Below are positions 9,281 through 15,945 of a stretch of 27,620 nucleotides of DNA, piece by piece (the stretch's first letter is position 1; every line of letters starts with the position of its first letter). The position numbers were made by a program, and so were the translations under genes. The DNA is from a virus. Its lineage: Duplodnaviria; Caudoviricetes. The notes beneath the pieces were generated by a model. That model saw nothing but the letters and a program-made list of their open reading frames with translations, did not search any database and was not told where the DNA came from. The stretch is taken from IMG/VR virus record IMGVR_UViG_3300032277_000065, positions 1 through 27,620 of that record; one strand, written 5' to 3'.

Positions 9281-9630
9281 TAAAGCACTTTAGCCCTAAA
9301 GAGTTTAATTGCGACGGCGTAGAATGTTTTAGCAAAATGGACGACGAGCTTTTAATTATGTTAGATATGGCGCGCCAGACTGCGGGAATACCTTTTATTA
9401 TAAATTCTAGTTGGCGGTCAGAGGCTAGGAATAAAGCCGTAAAAGGAAGTAAAAACTCGAGCCACCTACGAGGCTACGCGGTAGATATTCGTTGCACTAA
9501 CTCGGCGGATAGGTTTACAATGATTGACGCGCTAATAAACGTAGGTTTTAAGCGTTTAGGAATAGCTAAAACTTTTATACACGTAGATAACGACCCAAGC
9601 CTACCCGACGGCGTTACGTGGCTTTATTAA
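9277..9630 (+). CDS. Endolysin, peptidase M15A family
   Basis: EFNC, SSWRS, SSHLRGYAVD (HxxxxxxD) and FIHVD zinc-ligand motifs. Confidence 0.9.
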   Translation: MIKHFSPKEFNCDGVECFSKMDDELLIMLDMARQTAGIPFIINSSWRSEARNKAVKGSKNSSHLRGYAVDIRCTNSADRFTMIDALINVGFKRLGIAKTFIHVDNDPSLPDGVTWLY

Positions 9631-9764
9631 TGGGGTGGGAAATTTCTATAGGGTTTTATACGGGTATACTCTTAGGGGTATACTCTCAAAGATACCAAGA
9701 CGGTACGGGGCATTATTTATATATGCCTTTTTGTTTCATTTGTTTAGACTTATATAATGATTGA
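9630..9764 (+). CDS. Small hydrophobic protein (44 aa)
   Basis: MGWEISIGFYTGILLGV...; TAATG coupling to the endolysin stop. Confidence 0.55.
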   Translation: MGWEISIGFYTGILLGVYSQRYQDGTGHYLYMPFCFICLDLYND

Positions 9765-9918
9765 TTTTATTAGTAATAATTGGGGCGAGCTTGTTATAGG
9801 CGCGCTAGCATTTGCTAAAGTTGTAGTAAACATTACGCCAACTAAAAAAGACAACAAAGTATTTGCCAAGCTAGACGGCTTAGTAAACCTATTAGTAAAA
9901 GACAAACTAAAAAAATGA
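9757..9918 (+). CDS. Small membrane protein, holin-like (53 aa)
   Basis: MIDFISNNWGELVIGALAFAKVVVNITPTKKDN...; hydrophobic helix followed by a TPTxxDN motif. Confidence 0.6.
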   Translation: MIDFISNNWGELVIGALAFAKVVVNITPTKKDNKVFAKLDGLVNLLVKDKLKK

Positions 9919-9998
9919 TTTACTTTTTAACTGTATTACTAATATTTACCCCCGCTATAGTTTACTATTTATTAGAGTGGTTTTATGATAAAGACTAA
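9915..9998 (+). CDS. 27-aa single-transmembrane peptide
   Basis: MIYFLTVLLIFTPAIVYYLLEWFYDKD; ATGA coupling; fills the gap between neighbouring genes. Confidence 0.45.
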   Translation: MIYFLTVLLIFTPAIVYYLLEWFYDKD

Positions 9999-10203
9999 TA
10001 TTTTAAAAAACATAGGTAAAGTAGCGGACGTTTTTAAAGAGGGGCAACGCAATAAAAAATGGAGCGCAAAGCGTAGCGTATCGGGTGTACTTGTTACGGC
10101 AAGCGTTACCGATATGGCGACCAACGGACTAAACGAGTACAACGTATTACTATCTTTTATAGCGGTATTGCCTTTGTGCTTTAGCGTTTTTAAGAATGAG
10201 TAA
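9985..10203 (+). CDS. Small membrane protein in the lysis cluster
   Basis: WSAKR followed by two hydrophobic segments. Confidence 0.6.
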   Translation: MIKTNILKNIGKVADVFKEGQRNKKWSAKRSVSGVLVTASVTDMATNGLNEYNVLLSFIAVLPLCFSVFKNE

Positions 10204-11287
10204 GCCCGATAGCTTTAACCGTATGCGGTTAGCACCCGAAGAGGTAGACCTTATAAAAAAACATAGGGGCGAGTACGTCGAAAATATAAACGACAACTCG
10301 TTACTAGAACTACACCTTAAAGAGCGGGGAATACATAAAAAAGACGTAGTAAGCGTTAAGCATTGGCAGAACTTTAAAGGCGAGCCACGTTTTAGCATTG
10401 TTACAAAACAAAACCGCGACGACCTACAGATATTTAAAAAGGTACAAGACTACGTAAACGCCCACGCACCTACTTACAAGTATATACAACGTAAAGAAAA
10501 GGACGGGCATCTATTAGTAATAAACCCCGCCGACGTTCATATAGGTAAATACGCTAACGCTTTAGAAACGGGCGACGAGTATAACGTAGATATAGCAGTA
10601 AAACGCGTTTTAGAGGGCGTACAAGGGCTTATAGATAAGTCTAAGGGCTTTAATATAGATAGGGTTTTATTATGCTTAGGAAACGACATACTACATATTG
10701 ATAACGTCTATAACACTACTACAAAAGGTACGCACCAAGACACCGACGGCGGTAAATGGTGGGAGTTTTACGACGTGGCTCTACAACTCTACGTAAAAGT
10801 TATAGAGATGCTACGCCATATAGCCCCCGTTGATTGCGTACACTCTATGAGTAACCATGACTACCAGAGCGGGCACTACCTAGCCAAGACTATAAAGGCT
10901 TGGTTTAGAAAAACTAAAGACGTAAGAGTAGACGCGGGCGCGTCGCATAGAAAATACTATAAGTACGGTAATAGCTTAATAGGTTTAGAGCATGGCGACG
11001 GGGCTAAAGTAGATAACTTACCCCTACTTATGGCTAACGAACGCCCTACAGATTGGTCTTGTACCTTATACAGGTATTGGTATTTACACCATTTGCACCA
11101 CAAAATAAAATATAAATATAGAGACGCTAAAGACTATATAGGGGTAACTATTGAGTACTTGCGTAGCCCCTCGGGGTCGGATAGTTGGCACTCTCGTAAA
11201 GGATATACGGGCAGTAAAAAAGCCGTAGAGGGTTTTATTCACTCTAAAAAAGACGGTCAAATAGCCCGACTTACCCACTACTTTTAA
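10196..11287 (+). CDS. Calcineurin-like metallophosphoesterase
   Basis: ADVH, GND, SNHD, HGD and HHLHH motifs in canonical order. Confidence 0.85.
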   Translation: MSKPDSFNRMRLAPEEVDLIKKHRGEYVENINDNSLLELHLKERGIHKKDVVSVKHWQNFKGEPRFSIVTKQNRDDLQIFKKVQDYVNAHAPTYKYIQRKEKDGHLLVINPADVHIGKYANALETGDEYNVDIAVKRVLEGVQGLIDKSKGFNIDRVLLCLGNDILHIDNVYNTTTKGTHQDTDGGKWWEFYDVALQLYVKVIEMLRHIAPVDCVHSMSNHDYQSGHYLAKTIKAWFRKTKDVRVDAGASHRKYYKYGNSLIGLEHGDGAKVDNLPLLMANERPTDWSCTLYRYWYLHHLHHKIKYKYRDAKDYIGVTIEYLRSPSGSDSWHSRKGYTGSKKAVEGFIHSKKDGQIARLTHYF

Positions 11288-11429
11288 AATTCAAATGTAA
11301 AATATTATATATTTTATTTAAGGCTATTTTTAGCCTCTCTAAGAGACTTTGTACTTTCTCTAGTACGAGTGCGCCCCTACATTTCTACGGCGCAGAAATT
11401 TAAACGTAAAAAAAATATTGCTTGCGTGC

Positions 11430-11460
11430 TTGCGTAACTGTAAATTTTAATTTACATTTG
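11430..11460 (+). promoter_or_regulatory. Bacteroidota primary-sigma (early) promoter
   Basis: TTG (11430-32), 20-nt spacer, TACATTTG (11453-60), matching the -33/-7 consensus; upstream A-tract. Confidence 0.75.
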
Positions 11461-11485
11461 CGTATGCATTCGAGATAGGGGGCTA

Positions 11486-11501
11486 GTTATTTGACATATT
11501 G
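11486..11501 (+). promoter_or_regulatory. boxA-like antitermination element
   Basis: GTTATTTGACATATTG about 20 nt after the inferred start site; resembles rRNA-operon boxA. Confidence 0.4.
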
Positions 11502-11534
11502 ATATAGTTATATACGTAAAATGCTACGGACGGC

Positions 11535-11685
11535 TATAGTACTAACCTAGGGGTAAGGGAAACCCAAACGCGGAACGCGGGAGGCTTTAGGGTTAGAGTA
11601 ATGCTATACAAGTACAAACGCTAAGTACTTTAATCGTTAGGACGTTTTTAACTTATCAAGCTGACGCCATAGGGGGCGTACCTAA
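11535..11685 (+). ncRNA. Structured non-coding leader RNA, family unknown
   Basis: No substantial ORF; GC-richer than its flanks; nested helices and several hairpins. Confidence 0.45.
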
Positions 11686-11691
11686 ATACCC

Positions 11692-11749
11692 GTTATACTG
11701 ATGAGCCTATAAAGGCGAAACGCTAGTACAATATGCTAGCGTCTATAAC
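11692..11749 (+). ncRNA. Hammerhead ribozyme, type I (HH1); predicted cut after C11743
   Basis: GTTATA-CTGATGA-GCCT(ATAA)AGGC-GAAA-CGCTAGTA(CAATA)TGCTAGCG-TC-TATAAC. Confidence 0.95.
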
Positions 11750-11767
11750 TAACTAAAATTTATTAAA

Positions 11768-12007
11768 ATGGAAAAAATTAAAAACTACCAAAAGCTAAAC
11801 CGTCTAAGTTGTAAATATGATATGTATTGTAACGCTACTTTAGATGATACTTGTAATAACCTTTTTAGAAACGACGTAAGCGCTATAAGGTTAATACGAG
11901 CCACCAACCCCGCCGACGTAACCGACGAGCATATTAAACGTATGCAAGAGATAAACAAAACGTGTAAGGCTATAGTAAAGCAAATAATTAAAAACCAAAA
12001 CAGTTAA
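11768..12007 (+). CDS. Early hypothetical protein (79 aa), between HH1 and HH2
   Basis: ATG 24 nt after the HH1 cut site; stop codon lies inside HH2 stem I. Confidence 0.8.
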   Translation: MEKIKNYQKLNRLSCKYDMYCNATLDDTCNNLFRNDVSAIRLIRATNPADVTDEHIKRMQEINKTCKAIVKQIIKNQNS

Positions 12008-12061
12008 ACTGACGAGACCTAAAAGGTCGAAACGCTACCCTACGGGGTGGCGTCTTTAACT
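12002..12061 (+). ncRNA. Hammerhead ribozyme, type I (HH2); predicted cut after C12054
   Basis: AGTTAAA-CTGACGA-GACCT(AAA)AGGTC-GAAA-CGCTACCC(TACG)GGGTGGCG-TC-TTTAACT. Confidence 0.95.
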
Positions 12062-12078
12062 AACTAAAATTTATTATT

Positions 12079-12426
12079 ATGAAATACGGAGTATTAGAGG
12101 GGGGTAAATTAACTAGGTTTAAAAACCCTACCAATTTAAAAGAACTAGCAAAGAGCGTACTAACTAGAGAAATATTAAAAGAGTTTGTAATGCCTAACAC
12201 CTTTAAAGAGGGCGTACAAATGTATTTAGATAGTTGGGTAGAGTGGAGCTACGACACCGAAGAGCCCGTAGAGATGCCTAGCCAAATAGTAGACGTAGCG
12301 GTAGATACTATAGTATACTCTAATAAACATTTTATAGACTTACGTACTAAAGTAGAGATAAGCAACGAAAAGCGCGCTAAATTAAACGAGTATATAATAG
12401 ACTTAATACTAGAAAATTTAGACTAA
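12079..12426 (+). CDS. Early hypothetical protein (115 aa), between HH2 and HH3
   Basis: ATG 24 nt after the HH2 cut site; stop 1 nt before HH3. Confidence 0.8.
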   Translation: MKYGVLEGGKLTRFKNPTNLKELAKSVLTREILKEFVMPNTFKEGVQMYLDSWVEWSYDTEEPVEMPSQIVDVAVDTIVYSNKHFIDLRTKVEISNEKRAKLNEYIIDLILENLD

Positions 12427-12427
12427 T

Positions 12428-12485
12428 GTTAAACTGATGAGCTCAAAAGAGCGAAACCCTAGTACGAGTTGCTAGGGTCTTTAAC
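12428..12485 (+). ncRNA. Hammerhead ribozyme, type I (HH3); predicted cut after C12479
   Basis: GTTAAA-CTGATGA-GCTC(AAAA)GAGC-GAAA-CCCTAGTA(CGAGT)TGCTAGGG-TC-TTTAAC. Confidence 0.95.
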
Positions 12486-12505
12486 TAATCTTTAAATTTA
12501 TTATT

Positions 12506-12838
12506 ATGCGAGAAAACACGCACCTAACCAGACTACTAGCGTATCTTAAAGACAACCCTAGTATTACGCAAAAACAATGTACAGACGAACTAGGTAACAC
12601 TAGGTTAGCGTCTACAGTATTTAAACTAAACCGACACTTTGAAAGTAACGGGGACGACTTAACTATTATAAGCCTACCGCGTAAAGTACCTACAAGGTTT
12701 AGAACTAAAGACGGTAGCCCTAAAGTAACTACGGTAGCAGAGTATAAACTAGTCTCTAAGGCTAAACATATTTTTAACTCTGACTATGACCCCGTTGGCG
12801 AAGTAACCGACCTTATTAACTCTTTAAATATTAAGTAA
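12506..12838 (+). CDS. Winged helix-turn-helix DNA-binding protein
   Basis: LLAYLK..PSITQKQC...LGNTRLASTVFKL...VAEYKL pattern of phage HTH proteins. Confidence 0.65.
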   Translation: MRENTHLTRLLAYLKDNPSITQKQCTDELGNTRLASTVFKLNRHFESNGDDLTIISLPRKVPTRFRTKDGSPKVTTVAEYKLVSKAKHIFNSDYDPVGEVTDLINSLNIK

Positions 12839-13050
12839 TGACAGAACAAGAGAAAAAAGGACTACTAGAAAACGTAATAAACTTACTAGAGGGTATACAT
12901 AATAATACCGCTATAGATACAGACCCACAAAAAACACTTATAGAGGGGTTAAATAAAGTCTTTAGCGACAATAGACTAAACCGTACTAGGTTAAACTACG
13001 CTATAGAGAAACTAAACGAACTAAAACTAAACTTAAATTTACCACAATGA
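12838..13050 (+). CDS. Hypothetical protein
   Basis: TAATG translational coupling. Confidence 0.7.
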   Translation: MTEQEKKGLLENVINLLEGIHNNTAIDTDPQKTLIEGLNKVFSDNRLNRTRLNYAIEKLNELKLNLNLPQ

Positions 13051-13265
13051 GCCGATTATTTGAACAATTTGTAGAGCAAGTATTTGTTAACAACCCGTAC
13101 GCGTACGCCGACGAGGTACAAAAAGAGCTAGACGTACAAGAACAAGAATATAAACACCGACAAAAGCGCCTTATACTATGGCAAAATGGTACGGTAACGC
13201 TATTAAATGGCGGTACGGTTAAAGAGTGGGTAGAGCTTGGGCGACCTAAAAACCCTAACCTATGA
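13047..13265 (+). CDS. Hypothetical protein
   Basis: ATGA coupling. Confidence 0.7.
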   Translation: MSRLFEQFVEQVFVNNPYAYADEVQKELDVQEQEYKHRQKRLILWQNGTVTLLNGGTVKEWVELGRPKNPNL

Positions 13266-13588
13266 AAGTAAGACTACGAAGTAAGCGCGGGCTCGTACAT
13301 AATTGCGAGACGCCTAAAGCGTGGGCGGTAAAGTCGGGTAAGGATATGGTATTTGTACCTAAAAGTAAGAGCGTAGTAACTCCTGTAGAGAGTAGTAAGT
13401 ATATTAACTGCGATAAAGAAGAGTATTTGTACTACGACCTTATAGTAGCTAACGGCTTTTTAGAGGGTAAAGAAGACCTTATAGAAACGCTAACGGATAT
13501 ATACCACCTCAATAAAATGTTGCATAGTAATAAAAGCGACGTACCATTTGTACAACCTAAAGAAGTTTTACCAAATGGAAGAGCGTAA
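13262..13588 (+). CDS. Hypothetical protein
   Basis: ATGA coupling; contains an ETPKAW...FVPKS motif. Confidence 0.7.
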   Translation: MKVRLRSKRGLVHNCETPKAWAVKSGKDMVFVPKSKSVVTPVESSKYINCDKEEYLYYDLIVANGFLEGKEDLIETLTDIYHLNKMLHSNKSDVPFVQPKEVLPNGRA

Positions 13589-13817
13589 AGAGTTTATTTA
13601 CCGTATGCTTACAATGATAAGCGAGGTGCAAGACAAACCTAATTTTAATATAAAGGACGTAGTAAACCTACTAGAGTTTCAGCTACACGCTAGAGACAAA
13701 GAGGTAGCTACAGACTTTAAAGAACAAGCCCTAAGTAAGTTTAGTTTGTCGGGCTTACATAAAAACAGTTACAAAGAACTAGACAAATATTTTAACTTAA
13801 TCTTAACCAATTATTAA
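13575..13817 (+). CDS. Hypothetical protein
   Basis: ATG 13575 preferred over TTG 13548. Confidence 0.65.
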   Translation: MEERKEFIYRMLTMISEVQDKPNFNIKDVVNLLEFQLHARDKEVATDFKEQALSKFSLSGLHKNSYKELDKYFNLILTNY

Positions 13818-13833
13818 ACCTAATTTTAAACAA

Positions 13834-14373
13834 ATGGCACAAGCTGAAATTAAAAACGCAAAAATTGAACTAGTAACGCCTAACGGAACGTGGCAAACTA
13901 GCGACGGGTCTAAGACCTTTTACAAATTCGAGATAAGTTTTGACAACGGAGACGTAGGCGAATACTCTAGTATTCATAAAGAGCAAAACAAATTCGAGGT
14001 AGGGGCTACCGTAGACTACGAATATTACGCGGGTAAATTTCCAAAGATTAAACCCGTATACGCTAAACCTAGCGTACCTTATGGTAACCCCTCGGGTAGC
14101 TTTGGTAAGTCTGACGACGTGCAAGTAAAGATAGTTAGACAAAGTATGCTAAAAGCCTCGGTAGACTTTTGGGCTATTACCCCACAGTTAAAGCCAACGG
14201 TACAAGATATACTAATAACGGCTAAAAAGTTTATAGACTTTGTAAACCAAGAGGACAACCTACAATTTTCTAAAGAGTTTACTACGCCTAGCAGTATCGA
14301 AAATAAATTTAAAGAGGCTAGCATAGAGGCAGAACATAACGACCGCGTAGAAGAGGAAAACCTACCCTTTTAG
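13834..14373 (+). CDS. Single-stranded DNA-binding protein (OB-fold-like)
   Basis: Aromatic beta-rich N-terminus, IVRQSMLKA helix, acidic tail ending EEENLPF. Confidence 0.7.
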   Translation: MAQAEIKNAKIELVTPNGTWQTSDGSKTFYKFEISFDNGDVGEYSSIHKEQNKFEVGATVDYEYYAGKFPKIKPVYAKPSVPYGNPSGSFGKSDDVQVKIVRQSMLKASVDFWAITPQLKPTVQDILITAKKFIDFVNQEDNLQFSKEFTTPSSIENKFKEASIEAEHNDRVEEENLPF

Positions 14374-14393
14374 TTAGTTAGTTAAGGTAGGTT

Positions 14394-14428
14394 AAGTAGA
14401 GCCCCTACGGGGGCTTTACTTTTTTTTT
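14394..14428 (+). terminator. Rho-independent terminator
   Basis: AAGTAGAGCCCC-TACG-GGGGCTTTACTT followed by a T-run; cUACGg tetraloop. Confidence 0.9.
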
Positions 14429-14446
14429 AATTTAAACTATATCAAA

Positions 14447-14662
14447 ATGAACTTATACAAACCTAGAAATAAGCAAGAGGTATACCTTTTTAAGTATTAC
14501 AAGAGTAAAACGGATATATCTAAAGCGCTAAAACTAACGCGCCCTACAGTCGATAAGATATGTAGAGACCCTAGCTACTTTATTAAGTATGCCGACCGTA
14601 TAGCAGAGGCAACTAAACGACCTTTTAAAAAGGTTATTAGATACGTAAACAATGGTTTATAG
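14447..14662 (+). CDS. Small HTH protein (Cro-like)
   Basis: SKTDISKALKLTRPTVDK helix-turn-helix pattern. Confidence 0.6.
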   Translation: MNLYKPRNKQEVYLFKYYKSKTDISKALKLTRPTVDKICRDPSYFIKYADRIAEATKRPFKKVIRYVNNGL

Positions 14663-15425
14663 TTTCCATACAGACCACGCAAAAGCCTACGGGGTAGATG
14701 AAGCTATAGTAATCTATAATTTATTGTTTTGGATAGCTAAGAACAAAGCCAACAATAAAAACGAGTACGACGGTAGTACATATACCTACAACTCTATAAA
14801 CGCGTTTAGGTCTTTGTTTCCGTTCTGGAGTGAACGACAAATAGGTAGAATACTAAAAAGCCTAGAAACTCAAAACGTAATAAAAGTAGGTAACTATAAT
14901 AAGGCTAAGTACGACCGTACTAAATGGTACGCGTTTGTAGACTACCAAACAATATACCAAACGGTAAAAAGCAACTTACCGAACGGTAAAAAGGAATTTA
15001 CCAAACCGTTAAAAGCAAATAACCAAAAGGTAAAACCTATACCATATACTAAAACTACATATAGTAAACCTAATAATAATAACATATATAAAGAGTGTGT
15101 TAGCGTCTACGACGCTTTTATTAAAAATAGGTTAGATATGCCCGCAAAGATTAACGGGGCAGAGGGTAACGCTTTAAAGCAGATTATAGCGTACTTAAAA
15201 AAGTCGGCGAGCTCAAAAGGTTTAAACGACGAAACTACTATAGACGGTTTTAAATATATCTTAAATAGTTGGGACAAGCTCGAGCCGTTTTTACAAAAAC
15301 AGATAAAGCTAACCCAAATTAACAGTAACTTAACTAACATAATAAACGACTTAAAAAATGGACGCGGACAAAATAAAGCAAGCGGTAGCGCTCTTAGGGA
15401 CAAGCTCCGAGCAAAGTACACGTAA
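14652..15425 (+). CDS. Replication initiator (wHTH replisome organizer)
   Basis: AKAYG..EA...FWI..N..N...DG..YTYNS...FPFWS...DRTKWYA N-terminal domain; internal iterons. Confidence 0.8.
   Translation: MVYSFHTDHAKAYGVDEAIVIYNLLFWIAKNKANNKNEYDGSTYTYNSINAFRSLFPFWSERQIGRILKSLETQNVIKVGNYNKAKYDRTKWYAFVDYQTIYQTVKSNLPNGKKEFTKPLKANNQKVKPIPYTKTTYSKPNNNNIYKECVSVYDAFIKNRLDMPAKINGAEGNALKQIIAYLKKSASSKGLNDETTIDGFKYILNSWDKLEPFLQKQIKLTQINSNLTNIINDLKNGRGQNKASGSALRDKLRAKYT
14955..15035. repeat. Four 22-bp-period iterons, putative replication origin
   Basis: TACCAAACGGTA (14955), TACCGAACGGTA (14977), TACCAAACCGTT (14999), AACCAAAAGGTA (15021). Confidence 0.75.
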
Positions 15426-15945
15426 TTTACCTAGCGCGGTAACAACCTTTAACGAGGTAAGCCTAGTAGATAACCCCAGAGCTTTTAAAATGCAAGTAAT
15501 AAACCTAGACGAAAAAAGCCTAGCGCATATAATATTAAAGCATAAGCCCAAGAGCTTACAAAAAATAGCTAAAGAGCAAAGCAACGAAAAGGTAGTAGAC
15601 CTAATTAGTATACTTATTATAGAGGTATTAGAGTGGTATAATGTTAAAAACTCTATGAGCGACACGCAGATAGTAGACGTTGCGTATATGGTATACAATG
15701 AGTTTAAACGCTTTAATTTATACGATATAGGGCTTTGCTTTAACCGAGGCAAAACGGGTAAGTATGGTAAAGTATACGACCGTATAGACGGGGGTATATT
15801 ATTTGAGTGGCTAACTAGGTACGATATAGACCGAACAGGTAACATAATTACAATACGAGAACAAGAGAACGCACTACATAAACAAGCCTTTAGAGAGCGT
15901 AGTAGTGAGACAACTATAAAAGACTATCTAAATGGAAATAACTAA
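15358..15945 (+). CDS. Replication accessory protein, possible helicase loader (DUF6633-like); start uncertain
   Basis: Directly after the initiator gene; GKYGKVYDRID..I..W motif. Confidence 0.5.
   Translation: MDADKIKQAVALLGTSSEQSTRNLPSAVTTFNEVSLVDNPRAFKMQVINLDEKSLAHIILKHKPKSLQKIAKEQSNEKVVDLISILIIEVLEWYNVKNSMSDTQIVDVAYMVYNEFKRFNLYDIGLCFNRGKTGKYGKVYDRIDGGILFEWLTRYDIDRTGNIITIREQENALHKQAFRERSSETTIKDYLNGNN

Noticed and set aside
11335-11400. Short inverted repeats (TCTCT-A-AGAGA; ATTTCT-N7-AGAAAT) upstream of the early promoter
   Set aside because: Too short to distinguish from chance; no function can be supported.
11535-11690. Leader region as a tRNA or as a twister, pistol or HDV-like ribozyme
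   Set aside because: I could not match a cloverleaf, T-loop or those catalytic consensus sequences by eye; left as an unassigned structured RNA.
11692-12505. The three intergenic repeats as a CRISPR array or as terminators
   Set aside because: The spacers are whole genes, the repeats vary in a stem-compensating way, no cas genes are present and no U-tracts follow the hairpins; the hammerhead consensus explains them fully.
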